This document shows, piece by piece, positions 11,840-24,700 of a DNA stretch of 40,236 nt. Position numbers and translations under genes: made by a program. The stretch is from Vicugna vicugna (taxonomy: Eukaryota). Numbering within the stretch: position 1 is the first letter of the stretch; the number at the start of each line of letters is the position of its first letter. The notes beneath the pieces are model-generated. The model was not told the origin of the DNA. It saw nothing but the letters and a program-made list of their open reading frames with translations, and made no database searches. The stretch lies in the NCBI GenBank assembly GCA_013265495.1, contig MU057847.1, positions 369,925 to 410,160 on the forward strand, written 5' to 3'.

Positions 11840-13570
11840 TAGTGGTTGGCAGTATAGTTTTTGAATCTCCCCAAATGCTACCATAAAAACCACAAGTGGG
11901 AAAGGTAAGTATGGTAAATAGGAAAACAAACAAACAAAATCCATGGGTGCAATTTGTGACAAAACCAGATGAAAATGATGCTGCTATGAACCCTGAAATA
12001 CGAGTGGGTGGGGACAAATTAGATATGCTACAAGAACAAAATGGTATTATCTATGGAAGAGTTCAGAGAGGGAATTAGCAGGGCATCTGATAGATCTGAG
12101 AACTCTGAAACAACTCACTTAGACCTCAGCAAGCTACTTTCTGAACAACAAGTGAGACTGGCAGAGGCCTGCACCATCAAATTGTGACTGAGTGCAAGGA
12201 GTCCATGGAACAGCCTGGGAACCATGTGGGCCCTATGAGCTCTCAAAACCATCCAAAGCTCCTTTCCTGGGCAAAGTCCCACTCTGAGGAGAAACTGGTG
12301 GGAATGGATTCCACATCGGCCACGACAGAGACAAGAGAGACAAAACAGAAATTCCAGATAAAAGTAGAGGTAGTGAACAGGCAAGGCCAGATTTCAGAAA
12401 GGAATTCACTGTAACTTTGAAAAAGTATCAAAAACAATAGAAGATGGAGTTCTATAGCCATGAAATTAGGGAAAAAAATTATCTTAAATCAAACCTCCTT
12501 CTGAAACTTCAGGAAAACTTCACGTCAAGCAACAAGAAGAATATTCTTACAGAATTAAAAACAAGCCAGAAAGGTATGTCCACAAAAAAAAAATACAAAG
12601 AGGTAAATTATAACCTAATATTTCAAAACTAGCTAAAATATATTAAGAAAAAGTTATATAATAGGAAAAATATGCATGATATGGAAGAATATAAAATTCA
12701 GAATAAGAACAACTCAGAAATGACATGGTAAAAACCCAAGAAAGAATCAGAAGTAAAAGAAAAGACTCATTTCAGAAATGAAGACTAGCTAGAAGAAACA
12801 AAGGGGCAAATACAACAGATAATACCTTAAGAGAAGCAAAAGATGAAAAGGAGGATTTTTTTAATCAAAAAGAAATGAAAGTGGATGAAAATTATTCAAG
12901 AGGATGTGACAAATATAAAAAACAGGCAAAGAAAAAACAAGGGAACAGGAAAATAAAGTAAGTGAAGAAATTTTTACTGAAATTATAAAAAAAATCTAAA
13001 ACTACATACTGGAAAAGCATACCATATGCCTCGGAAACAACCCAGAATGACCAACACCAAGACATATTCTGGCAAAATTATTGGACTTTGAAGAAAAAAA
13101 ATCTGTTGACAACCAGGCAAAAAAGACCAAGTGTTTTAATACAGAAAGAAAATTATATTGTCAGCAGACTTTGATTACATTTTATGCCAGAAGAAAATGG
13201 ATGACATATTTAAGATAGCCAAGGCAAGAATATGTAAGCCATGGATTTTATATCTAGCTAAAATGACTTTCAATTATTAATTCAGGGAACTCCATCAACG
13301 TATAACTAATTCAGGAAATGTTAGTCCCATGAATCCTCCCTGAGAAAACTTTTGGAGCTTCAAAAACCAAAATGACTGGAGAAACATCAACATAAAGACC
13401 AGGAGTTAGCATCAAATACATACCCATATAGAATTAAGACTAAAGAGGGCTATAAGGGAGACAATAAAGTATATAATAGCCTTACATACTGACAAGGTAG
13501 ATACTGGACAACTTTAAACATGGGGAGAGAATGGGGAGAACATAAGGGAAAACTGCTCTTTTCAATAATT
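11840..13570 (+). mobile_element. Ancient L1/HAL1 5' region and decayed ORF1
   Basis: A-rich strand bias; ORF1 C-terminal-like caacaccaagacatattctggcaaaatt...ggattttatatctagctaaaatgactttcaa. Confidence 0.65.
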
Positions 13571-13684
13571 ATTAAAAATTATTTTATAGTTTGTCAAAAG
13601 TTCAGAAATTCCTTCACTTCTGTTTCTTTCTCATCTGTTAAATTCAAATAAAATAAACATGAGCATTTAATTAAAACATTTTAT

Positions 13685-13965
13685 ATAATATGATTGGTTA
13701 AAAGTGTAGGCTGGAGAATCAGGATGCCTGGGTTCAGATCCCAACTTGGACACCTGCTGGTTAAGTTGAGATCCTAGCTCTGCTAGGTAGCAGCATTGGA
13801 GCCTTAAACAAGTTACACATAATCCCTCTGGCATTCCATTTTCTTCATCTGTATAATGGAGATATTACCTACTGCAGGATGGGGACAAATTAATGAGGAA
13901 AGTGCTTAGAAAAGTGTCTGACACCCAGCAAAAGTTCAATAAGTATGAACTGTTATTATTGTTGT
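13685..13965 (+). mobile_element. MIR SINE
   Basis: tgcctgggttcagatccca...ttttcttcatctgtataatggagata...gtgtctgacac. Confidence 0.8.
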
Positions 13966-13994
13966 CACTATTATTCCATTTATCAATAAAGGTA

Positions 13995-14130
13995 CAGTAG
14001 CCCTCTGGAGAATGTATATAAGTTATGTGGAACTACTACACCATTTGACATAAAGGATTTGAGCATCCCTGGATTTGGGTATTCAACGAAGCCCTGGAAC
14101 CTATCACACACGGATACTAAGGGAAGACTG
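13995..14130. mobile_element. MER2/Tigger-like TcMar MITE, internally deleted
   Basis: TA target duplication on both sides; TIR-like cagtagccct / agggaagactg; ggaacctatcacacacggatactaaggg. Confidence 0.75.
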
Positions 14131-15049
14131 TATTTCCATTTCTCTCTGTTGTTCTTATAACAATAAAGATGTTGATAGGATTAAGAAGGGTGTGATTTTA
14201 TTTTTCCTCTTTTGGTTATCTATATTTCTCATTTCTCTATAACAAATATTTATTCCTTTTAAAAGAAAAATTATTTTAATTTAAAAAGCACCCTGATTAT
14301 CATACTTTAATTAGTTTCTGATCATTAGACCCAGGGCTTAGCTATGTTGGGCAGGGAAAAAAGCAATCTGAACGCTACAGCAGAACTGACTTCTAAGAAT
14401 ACATTAATTTTATTTAATTGCCTTTTTTCATTCCTGAAACTTGGATTACACTCATTTTCACCCATCATCAGCATCAGGGCCTTTGCCTGAGCATGGCTTC
14501 TATAAATATGCCCATGTAAGGTAAAAGGGACAAATGCAGAGGCTCTGACCTATTATTCAATTTTGTGAATTATGTCAGTCTAATTTTAAAATTACTTGTA
14601 GAAAAAAATAAATCCACAAAATTACAGTCCATAATTGAATTCTTACACTGCCAATTTCTTAAACAAGATTAATCAACAATACAATAATGGCCAAAGATGA
14701 AAAACATCAGAGATGAAAAAAATTGGTGTTTGGGTAGTGAACACAACTGGCTTCTAGTTATTAGTCATCCTAGAAAAATAAATGTATGTATGTATTTAAA
14801 GAAATAAACACAATTCATAGAATAACAGAACATCAAGTCTCAATTTAAGAGCACTTTCAAGATTTGGTTATTTCCCACAGTTAATTTCCCCAAAGAGGTG
14901 AAGTGGGTTTCATGCACCTAAGCCCCATGCAAAACACTGGCTTGATGTATACAAGTCAATTGATTATGTGCCTCCATCTTCAGAGCAACATTCACAATAG
15001 AACGTTGTACAGTATGAACTGTGGATCCCCATTCCTTAAAACCACTGCA

Positions 15050-15660
15050 GTGTAAAAAGCACTAGTTGAATGTGGTGTGGAGGGGACTAATTTGGTACCA
15101 TTTGAGGTGGCTACTAATCCAAACCCTCACTTTAAAAATTGATAATTAAAGGGAAAGAATTAAACATGTATCCTGCCTTTCTAGCAGAAACAGAATTTCA
15201 GAGCAATCAAGGATCCTAGTTGATGACTGAAAGCAGTGCTTTATAGAAAAGTGTCAGCTTATAAAGGTAGATTAAATGATAGATGAGAAAAATCATCATT
15301 TCACAACCCCTAATGAAATTATTGATTCAAGCAAGGATACCAATTGGCCAATAGAAAGCATCAGCTGAAGAGTTGGCAGGGTGCTAACAAAATACCACTC
15401 AGATTATCTTCAGGTGGCAGGAGCGGGGAGTGTAGATGGCAGGAGGGGACATGCTATTATCACCTTAAATATAGTGGTCAATCTTAGCCTCACTAATGGT
15501 AGGACAACTGGATATTATCTGTCTCCTGACAATTGGGACAGCTGGAAAAATTTAAATATGAATTGTGTATTAATCTTTAATCTTTAAAGTGCGGTCACAT
15601 TATTTCGGCTATGTAGGAAAGTGATCTTAGTTTTTAAAGATACATATTGAAGTTAAAAAA
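15050..15660 (+). mobile_element. L1MC4/5-like 3' fragment
   Basis: aaagggaaagaattaaacatgtatcctgccttt...acccctaatgaaattattgattcaagcaagga. Confidence 0.6.
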
Positions 15661-16919
15661 AATCAGCAGTATTTGGAAGTCAACTCCAAGTTAAAGAGCT
15701 GCTTTCCAATCAGGAATGCAAAACTGGCACAGTACTGAAAATATAATTGGTTTCCAAGAAGTCAGGGAAGAATAGATAATATTTTATGGATGAACAAGAA
15801 ATGCAGATGCAGAAAGAAGTAATTCCCTCTGCAAAGCACCCCCAACTCCTCCCAGATATGGCCGGCAGCCCAGTTAGTCACAAAGAAAAGGCAAACAGGA
15901 AAGCAACAGGAAAAAATGCTGTTGGCCAGAATGTTACTACAGTGACGAACAAAACACTGTCAAAACACTAGAAACCTTAAGGAAAACTATACAGAAGATT
16001 TAATTAATTGGTAGCCAAACCTAAGTAAGTTTTTTTTAAGAACCACTATTGATGGTGCAGCGTGGAAGAAGAAAGTGTTTAGAAAGAGCATGGGTTATTT
16101 CTTGGGAATAGAAGTTGGTAATTTTGGGCTACAGTGGCTTCTAGTTCAGGTTCTGCAAATTATCTCTCTAGGTGATAGTTCTTGAAAAATTTCTCTGTCA
16201 CCCTCAACATCCTCATCTTTAAAGTGAGGGGTTGGATTAGAACCTAGAGTTTTGAAAATTTATAATTAAAGGTAACTAAACATGTAAACATCCACCTCGC
16301 TAGATGACTGCTAGGGCCATGTTCATTCCATAATTTGATGATTCTAGAAGTAAAAGGATAGTCCTCCTGCTGCATACGCAGTTCAATTTGTGAGAATTGC
16401 TGCCATGTAGAGAAAGCAGATTATTCATTTGGTTAAAAAGCAAACATGAAAATTTGTTCTATTACCCTTTCTCCTGTCTGGCATTTATTACACTTTTAGT
16501 TTTAAACATGGACTTTATTTAATGGTCTGCAACCACCACAAACAAAAACATCTTATGCTTTTAGAGGTCCATCCTGTCAGTGTATCCGCCTCACTAAATT
16601 ATAGAATTATCTGACTCATCGGGACAACATATTATCCTCTAGACAGCAAATTGAAAAAAAGCAATTTTCCCATCTCTGAGAAAGATAATTGATCTGATTT
16701 TGCTGTCAATGTTACCATCATTCACTCTATCACCCAGGCTTGAAACCTTGAGATTATTTTTTACTATTACCACCTTTCATTACCCAGTCACCAAGTCATA
16801 ATGAGTTTCCTTTAATAATGTCTCTTGCATCAATCTCATATGCTACCACTAAAGTTCAAATCCCTATAACCTCACAGACCTGGATGACCACAATATTCTC
16901 TTCTCCCTTAATGACTGGT

Positions 16920-17550
16920 ACAGGGTTTCTTTTTATTATAAAAGTGATACATGCTCATTACAGGCAATTTGGAGATTTCAGAGAGGGAGAGAGAGAATAA
17001 TATCAATTATCCACAATCCTGCCCAGAGATGATCATTTTGACCAATTTCCTTCCACTCATTGTTCTATGTATATACTGATGCATTTTTATAAAAATTAGG
17101 ATTGTAATACCCTACACATTTATAATATGTTTCTTATTCTTATATCATGAGTATTTTGCTATGATATTAAATGCTTTGGAAACCTAACTTTTAACAAAAC
17201 TTTTTCAATTATTGATGTTTCCTGGTTTCTAATTTTTCATGTTAGAAACAAATGCTGCATTGACCATCCTTGTACCATTGTTGGATTATTTCCTTAAAAT
17301 AGATTCCTAAAGAAATAATTACAAAAGCAAAGATTCTTGTTACATTTTACCAAGTTGCCCTCCAGAAAGAATATATATTATTTTATAGGCCCACCAGCAG
17401 TGCATGAAAAGTGCCAGTTCCCCACCCACTTGTTAACACTGGATATTACCACTTTTTAGAAATGTATTAAGCTGGAAATTTATATCTCATCAACACTTTG
17501 GTTGTATGTCTTGTATACATCAGTGAATCCAAACATGTTTTCACAGATAT
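16920..17550 (-). mobile_element. Highly diverged L1ME 3' end
   Basis: aaatgctgcattgaccatccttgta...caagttgccctccagaaag...cccaccagcagtgcatga. Confidence 0.7.
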
Positions 17551-17759
17551 TGGGCATTTGTGTCATGGTACCCCCCTGTCTAATCCATTTCCACCAGGTT
17601 ATTGTCAGAATGACATTCCTAATACTTTCTCCTATAACACCAGCCATAATGTAACTCCAAATCTGTTTCTCAGAACTGCCCTATCCCAACCTGGTACTTC
17701 CGCCATACAGAACTTTTAGGAGGTAGTGGGTTCTTGAGGACAAACATTCTAGCTTACAA

Positions 17760-17965
17760 GAGGCAATGCAGCATAGTGGAAAGGGAGAGAGAAAGCTACA
17801 ATCAGTCAGTCCTGGATCAAATCCCACCTTACTACCTATTAGCTGTGTGACTGCAGTATACTTACCTAACCTCACTGAGACTCCATTTCCTTTTCTGTAA
17901 AGTGGTACTAACCACACCTACACTACAGGGTGGTTATGAAGATAGAGCATTTAATACACTGTGTA
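17760..17965 (+). mobile_element. MIR SINE
   Basis: cctggatcaaatccca...agctgtgtgact...acttacctaacctcactgagactccatttccttttctgtaaa. Confidence 0.82.
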
Positions 17966-18093
17966 CACATAACAGACCTCCTGGTTAGAGGTGTTGCTAG
18001 AGTGCTCGCACAATTCCCAGCCTCCAGCATCTTTCACAGTAGCTGGTGCAACGAAGAAAGACAGAGAGATAATCCTAAGGAAAATGCACATAG

Positions 18094-18285
18094 CAGTGAT
18101 TTTCAAAGTGTGGTCCACGAATGATTTTGCCAGGATAGGAATCATCTTCAGACTCCTTTTAAATATGCAGATTCCTGGGATCCATCCCAGATCTAGTGAA
18201 TTTGAAATTCTGGAGGTAGGGCCCAGGATTCTATATATGACAAGCATTCCAGTCAATTGTGACAACTAAAGTTGAAGAACCACTG
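18094..18285. mobile_element. MER5A hAT-Charlie MITE
   Basis: TIRs cagtgattttcaaa / ttgaagaaccactg; aatatgcagattcctggg. Confidence 0.85.
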
Positions 18286-18544
18286 GTTGCCATAGTCACC
18301 TCAGTTACAGTACACAATCCCATCAGGCACCTGACTTCTAGACTGACATGCCTAGTGGTGCCTCATCCCCCAGGGCCTGGCAGAGTTACCCATTGTCTAT
18401 GACCATGACTTGGTGAAAAATGATCCAGATGATTTCTCCTCTGATTCATGCCTTCCTCCCATAGCCACATATCATCACTGCCATTGTAAATCAGTCATTA
18501 TAAGAATTGTTTGGGTATTAGAGATAAATGGAAAGTATTATCAA

Positions 18545-18810
18545 CAGTAATAGTAATCACTAACACTAAGCACCTATAACGCGCCAGGCATGCTAAGTGG
18601 TTTTTAATGTATAAGTTAATTTAATCCACATAACAACACTATGAGGCAGGTGCTGTCATTACCTTCACTTCACAAATGAGAAAACTGAGGCACAGAGAGG
18701 TTAAGGAAGTTACCTAAGGTCAAATAGATGGTAAATAACACAGCAGAGATTTGCACCCAGACAATCTGACTCCAGAGCTCAGGCTATTATCCACTACGCT
18801 GTACTACTTC
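18545..18810 (-). mobile_element. MIR SINE, near full length
   Basis: cacttcacaaatgagaaaactgaggcacagagaggttaag...tctgactccagagc. Confidence 0.88.
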
Positions 18811-19358
18811 CCTGAATTAACTGCCCTATGCCTGAAATCACTAACTTCAGATATATACCATGATACTGATATGTATTTCATTTACTGCCTCTATTACTTT
18901 ATTTGGGTGAATGTATTTACCAGAGAAACCTCAAGCTCTTTTGTTCCTATAAGGTCTTAGGTTTTCCAGCCACCAATTCTAGCATGAAAGTCCGCAGCAA
19001 ACTGACTATTAACAGTTCGAGTGGGTTTGCTCTAGTTCCATGTCTTCGGAGGCCAGCCTTCCAGGCAACAGCATGAACAAAATCTATTTCAATTGTTTAC
19101 CCTATCTTCATATTTTCACAAAGCAGGTTTTAAAAATTATCCAAGAGTCAGAAGACCTGCCTATTGGTTTAGTTTCATAAAAGAGGCTCCCTCAACTGTG
19201 GGTTTGGATCAAATATGTTCCCTACCCCAGAGAGAGAATGAAGCCCAGTGACGTCAGATGGGCAAAGTATTCTGGGGACTTCTTAAATGGTATGCTTTTA
19301 AATCAGCTCTTCTCTAAGCTTTTAGATAAAATGTAGTTTAAAATAGCCAATTTTGAAA

Positions 19359-19758
19359 TGAATTTCTAACACATGCTACAACATGGATGAACCTTGAAAA
19401 CATTGTGCTAAGAGAAAGAAGCCAGACACAAAAGGACAAATATTGCAGGATTCCATTTATATGAGGGACTCAGAACAGGTAAATTCATAGAGACAGAAAG
19501 CAGAATACAGGTTACCAGGGGCTGAGCGGAATGGAGAGTTATTGTTTAGTATAGTTTATGTTTAGGATGGTGAAAAAGTTCTGGAAATAGTGAGGATGGT
19601 TGCACAACATTGTAAATGTACTTAATGCCACTGAACTGTACACTTAAAAATGGTGAAAACAGTAAATGTTACGTTATATATATTTTACCAAATTAAAAAA
19701 AAATCCCGCAGCCTCTAGCCTCTAAAACAGAAAAAAAAAGAAAGAAAAAGAAAAGAAA
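19359..19758 (+). mobile_element. L1MB-type 3' end with two A-rich tails and 12-bp TSD
   Basis: catgctacaacatggatgaaccttgaaaacatt...ttttaccaaattaaaa; TSD CCAATTTTGAAA at 19347-19358 and 19759-19770. Confidence 0.9.
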
Positions 19759-19790
19759 CCAATTTTGAAACTCATGGAGTCAGTGCTTAC

Positions 19791-19875
19791 CAGGGTATCA
19801 TCATTCTGGTCTCCAAACATTTCTTTAAAAATTTTCCCAGGATCAGGAATTGGAGGGAATATAATGATTTTGAGC
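19791..19875 (-). CDS. IL13RA1: IL13RA1 coding exon 10 (85 nt), Box1 JAK-family kinase binding motif
   Basis: ttaaag|G CTC...ACC CTG|gtaagc; (R)LKIIIFPPIPDPGKIFKEMFGDQNDDTL, same as the recalled human sequence. Confidence 0.98.
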
Positions 19876-20117
19876 CTTTAAGAAAACAAAGACATTTTTG
19901 ATCAAATCTTCCAGTCCATAGGAATGTCCCACTTAAAAACAGCGATATTAAAAGAAGGCTTGGACAAAAGATATGGTACACAAGTCATCTTTAGTGATAA
20001 AGCAGTTGTGAAGAAATTTCTAAAACAAGCTGAGAAATCAATGCCCTAAGAGTACCAAGTGTGAGTAGAGCAAAGGGACCATAGGGATAAGCAGGCTATT
20101 TATAGCTTATCATTTAA

Positions 20118-20315
20118 AAAAAATTTCCAGTTTTATTGAGATATACTTGACAAATAAAAATTGTATAAATTTGAGGTGTGTAACGTGATATTTTGATATA
20201 CGTATACACTGTGAAATGAAATGATCACCACCATCAAGCTAATAAACATATCCATTACCTCACACAGTTATGATTGTGTGTGTGTATGTGTGTGTGTGTG
20301 TGTGTGTGTTATACT
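20118..20315 (-). mobile_element. Short L1MA-type 3' end with (TG)n and 12-bp TSD
   Basis: ccagttttattgagatata...catatccattacctcacacagtta; TSD CTTATCATTTAA at 20106-20117 and 20316-20327; (TG)n at ~20275-20309. Confidence 0.85.
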
Positions 20316-20489
20316 CTTATCATTTAAGGAATAAGGGTGCTTTACTTATCATAGACCAGATGGAGCTTTATAATTTTGAAAAAAATAATCTTCTGAGAAC
20401 AGGGGACATTCCTCTTTAATTTTTCTTTCTTTTTCTTGTCTCCTGTATTTTTGCATATTATAGTACCCTTTGGTAGACCTACCTCATCT

Positions 20490-21585
20490 CCTAGGTCTCT
20501 AAATATTGGTGTGCCCCAGGATTCAGTCTTCTGTCTCCTTTATCTCACTCACTTTATTAGTGCTATCTTTCAGGCTTAGGGCTTTAAATTCACTTACACG
20601 CTGAGGACTCCCGAAATTCTATTTCCAGCCTAGACTTCTCCCTTAAACTCCAGATTTACACACATATACAAGTTCCTATTTAACATCTCTACTTGGATAT
20701 CTCATAGGCATTTCAAACTTATCATGTTCAAAACTGAAGTCCTCCCCTTCCCCTAAAGCCAGCTCTCCTCACAATCTTCTCTATCTCAGTAAATGGCTCC
20801 GGCATTCACCCAGGTGCTGAAGCCAAAAATCTAAGAGTCATCCTTTGAATCCTAATTTCCCTCACACCTCCAGAGACAAGCAGCCATCAGCAACTGCTAT
20901 CAAAGCCATCTTCAAACTATACCCCACATCGGACTACTTCTTACTACCCCCATTGCTAACCTCCTAGCCTGGGCTACCATTATCTTTCCATTCAATCACT
21001 GCAACACTACCTAACTAGTGTAACTGCTTCCATTCTTGCCAGAGTAAATTCTTCACTCAGCAACTACAATGATCTTTTATGACAGTAAATCTGATCACGT
21101 CCTTCCCCTGCTTAATTAAAACTCTCTAATGTCTTCCCATCATGATTAGGATAAAACCTCAGTTCCTTGCCAGGGCCTACATGATCTGGCCCCTCCAACA
21201 CCTCCAGCCTCATCTCCTGTCACTCTCTCCTTTGCGTGCTCTCCTCTCCAACAGGACACACCAAGTTCATTCCAGCTTCAGGGCCGCTGCACTGCTTGTT
21301 CCTTTGGCCTGGAATGCTTTCTTTGAATATCTGAATGGCCCTCTCCTTAATTTAAGTCCTCTCCTCCGATGTCACTTTATGAGAGAGGCCTTCCCTGGCC
21401 AATGAATACAAGATGAGCCTTATATCACTTCTAAGCCTTTCTCCCCACCTCAACCCCACAACTTTACTACTTACTATGTGAAACCAACGATAGGGACTTC
21501 GTCCCATTCTTTGCTGCAACTCCAGCAATTAGAACAGTGCCTGGCATATCAATAGGCACTCAATAAATGTATATTGAAAGAGTAT
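20490..21585 (+). mobile_element. L2 LINE 3' portion
   Basis: ggtgtgccccaggattcagtc...acatctctacttggatatctcataggcatttcaaactt...gtgcctggcatatcaataggcactcaataaat. Confidence 0.9.
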
Positions 21586-22147
21586 TGAAATCATGATAAA
21601 ATATTGATTTTAGAACCAGCTTAATAACCTTAGGCCAACTTTAGGTATTTACTGAAAAAGCAAACAGCACCAGACTAGTCCCTATGGTGAGACAGAGAAA
21701 GTAAACCATTCTCAAGGAATGAGGGCTGTATCTTAGAGGCAATTTGAAGTTCTCTTTCCTATAGCATTAAGTAGCAATCTGCTTTGCATGCATACTAGAC
21801 AAATCATTTAATTAGTAATGGTCTCCATTTCTAAAACTTATGAGCTACCAACTAACTGTTGATAAATTAGGCATTTGAAAGAGTAGAGTGAACGTAGGTT
21901 CTATCCATAATTCTAAACATACATAAAAAGAGCAGTGCCTGAGCAGAGCCCTGGGAAACTAATCCAACACTTTCCTCATCAGAAAATGGGCACAATAATA
22001 CTTCCTTGCCATGCCCTACTACCAAAAGCAGCTATAGCCAAAATGCTTCTAACACGCTGGGCAAACAGCAAACACACCCACAAAGGATAATAACCATAGC
22101 AACCAGGCTAACAGAAACTGTCAAACCTGCCCAAGCAGTTGCCTTAC

Positions 22148-22244
22148 CTTTTCAGATATAGCAGGAGGACTATGATTGCAGCTGCAACGATGACCGGAAT
22201 GATGAGTAACGTGGTTATGTAGAACGTGGGATTGGCCCTCTGAC
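22148..22244 (-). CDS. IL13RA1: IL13RA1 coding exon 9 (97 nt), transmembrane helix
   Basis: ctccag|GT CAG...AAA AG|gtaagg; (G)QRANPTFYITTLLIIPVIVAAAIIVLLLYLK(R). Confidence 0.97.
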
Positions 22245-22604
22245 CTGGAGAATGGAAAGCAAAGAGAAAGACATGAGAAATAAAACCGTTTTGGAAATAA
22301 ACCAAGCAACAGTTCTATTAGACTAATAAGATCACAGATATTTCTGTCCTCTACCCCATCCTATTTCCCAAGACTCTTCAATTCTCTTATCTTTTGTTAT
22401 CTTAATAGTGAAAAAAAAAAGTCCTGCTCTGGTGCCTAAAATTCCATGGGTAAAGAAGCACTTTAAGGATTATCTGAAATCAGGACATCTTAACTGATTT
22501 CATATACTATTAACAAAGATGTTATATCTGTTAAGTATGTCATCTCATTAACAGTAATTATCTTTTCTTATTGGTTACTTAGCACTATTAGAACACCTAA
22601 AATA

Positions 22605-22860
22605 ATACTAACAATGGCTACCACTACTACTATTCTTAATTGAGCATCTACTATATGTCTGATTTCATACTAGAAAATTGCACATGCTTATATCTATGAT
22701 ATTGAGATATATAATATTATTTCCCATTTATACAGATGAGAATTATAAGGCTAAGAGAGGTTTATTGGCTTGCCCAGAGGGTTTAGTAAGTGATGGAGTC
22801 TAGCCTCAAACCCCATACTGTCCAATTCCAAAGGCTTACATTAACTGCCTTGCTACACCT
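22605..22860 (-). mobile_element. MIR SINE
   Basis: ttgagcatctactatatg...cccatttatacagatgagaa. Confidence 0.75.
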
Positions 22861-22947
22861 AACACATAGAATGGCACGTGTCTATGTATATGCTCATCTT
22901 TTCCACTAGGGCATGAACATCTAGAAAGCATCATCAGAGCCTAGCAT

Positions 22948-23934
22948 TGTGTTAAGCAGCCTCTAAGATGACCCCAAATGATCCCTGCTTCCTGATATTC
23001 ACGATCTTGTGTAATTCCCTCCCCTTGAGGGTGGGCTGGACTAAATGAGTGAATAGCAACAGTGATGGGAAGTCCTTTCCGAGATTAGGTTATAAAAGAC
23101 TGTGGATTCTATATTGGGTGTTCTCTCATATGCTCTTTCTTCCTTGGACCACTCACTTGGGGAAGCCAACTGCCATGTCATGAAGTAGCCCTGTGGGGAG
23201 GTCCAAGGAACAGAGAGAGGCCTCTGTATTAGTTTGCTAGAGGTGCTGTAACAAATCACCTCACACCGGTTGGCTTAAAACAACAGAAATATAGAAGTCC
23301 AAAATCAAGATATGAGCAGGAACATACTCCCTCTGAAGGCTCTAGAGTAGACTCCCCCTTGCCTTTTCCTAGCTTCTGGTGGCTCCCAGAAATCCTTAGT
23401 ATTCCTTGCCTTATAGCTGCATCACTCTAATTTCTGCCTTCATCTTCACATGGCTTTCTTCTGTGTGTTTCTGTATATCCCCTCTTCTTCTGATAAAGAT
23501 ACTAGCCATTGGATTTAGGGCCTACTCAAAACCAGTATGACCTCATCTTAACTTGACTACATCTACAAAAACTCTATTTGCAAATAAGGTAACACTCACA
23601 GGTACCAGGAGTTGGAACTTGAACATATCTTTTTGGGGCATATGATGCAACCTGCTACAGCTTCCAACCAGCAGCCAGAATGGAAATAAGGCTTTCCAAT
23701 GATCATATGAGTGAGCTTAGAAGTGGCTTCTCCAGCCTCAGTCAAGTCTTCAGGTGAGACTGCAGTCCCAGTCAACAGCTTGACTATAACCTTATGAGAG
23801 AACTTGAGCCAGAGGTACCTAGCTAAGCTGTGCCCAGATTCCTGCGCCATAGACACTGTGAGATGGTAAATATGTGCTTTTTAAAGTCACTGATTTTGGG
23901 GGTAATTTGTTATGCAATAACAGATAACTAATAC
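22948..23934 (+). mobile_element. MLT1F/G-like MaLR LTR interrupted by a younger MLT1 LTR
   Basis: cagcctctaagatgaccccaaatgatcc...ggggtaatttgttatgcaataacagataactaatac. Confidence 0.85.
23225..23659 (-). mobile_element. MLT1B/C-like MaLR solo LTR, nested
   Basis: TG...CA ends; tgtattagtttgctagagg...gcaacctgctaca; 5-bp TSD GCCTC/GCTTC. Confidence 0.88.
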
Positions 23935-24039
23935 CACCTCACCTGGCACATTGTTCAGTCTCTCATTTAATAGGGAATTGACTACTTCAACAACCTCTGA
24001 CTGTTACTATTAGAAAGTTCCTAAGCTGGTCCCATTTTG

Positions 24040-24700
24040 CTCCATGGAGCCACAAAAACAGATAGCCTATTCCCTCTTCTACCTGACAATACCTCAGATA
24101 TCAGAATTCAGCAATCATGACTCCTTAAGCTTACTTCATCAACTGTTCCTCCTCAAATTTTGAGATTCTTCAACATCCTGATTACCCTTTCAAGAACAGA
24201 TTCCAGTCTGCCCACACACCTCTTACAGTGTGGTGCCCAGGATGGAATACTGCACACTTCTGATGTAGCCATGCTTCAGCACTCCCCTCTTCTGGGTGCT
24301 GCACTATCACTGCTGTTTATGACTGCATATGACTTTGAGGAATACTTAAGGGTCCAATGTTGAGTCACTTTGAGCTTACTATCAAATAAATCCCTATCCC
24401 CCACCCCACAACTCACACACACACATCCATAAGGCACAGGTCTTTCTAACCCAGTACTTGGGCCTAGCACATAGGTTGTTCAGCCTCTCAATTAATAAGT
24501 GAAGCTGATTTTTTTCAAACCCAGATATAGGTTTATCTCTATTAAATGCCATCAAGGTCTTTGTCCTACTCCTGATTCTGTTACTAGCACATAGCACAGT
24601 CCTCTACCATTGTACAGTCTACAGATTTAATCATGCCTGCCTTCTATATTTTTTGTTCATGTCGTTCACAAAGATGGAGACAGGACAGAAGAGAGGATAA
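24040..24700 (-). mobile_element. CR1/L3 LINE remnant
   Basis: cttacagtgtggtgcccaggatggaatactgcac and ttccctcttctacctgacaatacctcagatat resemble L3; limits uncertain. Confidence 0.55.

Noticed and set aside
11896..12632. Plus-strand ORFs as a nested gene
   Set aside because: Lie in a decayed L1/HAL1 5' region with no splice structure or homology I can recognise
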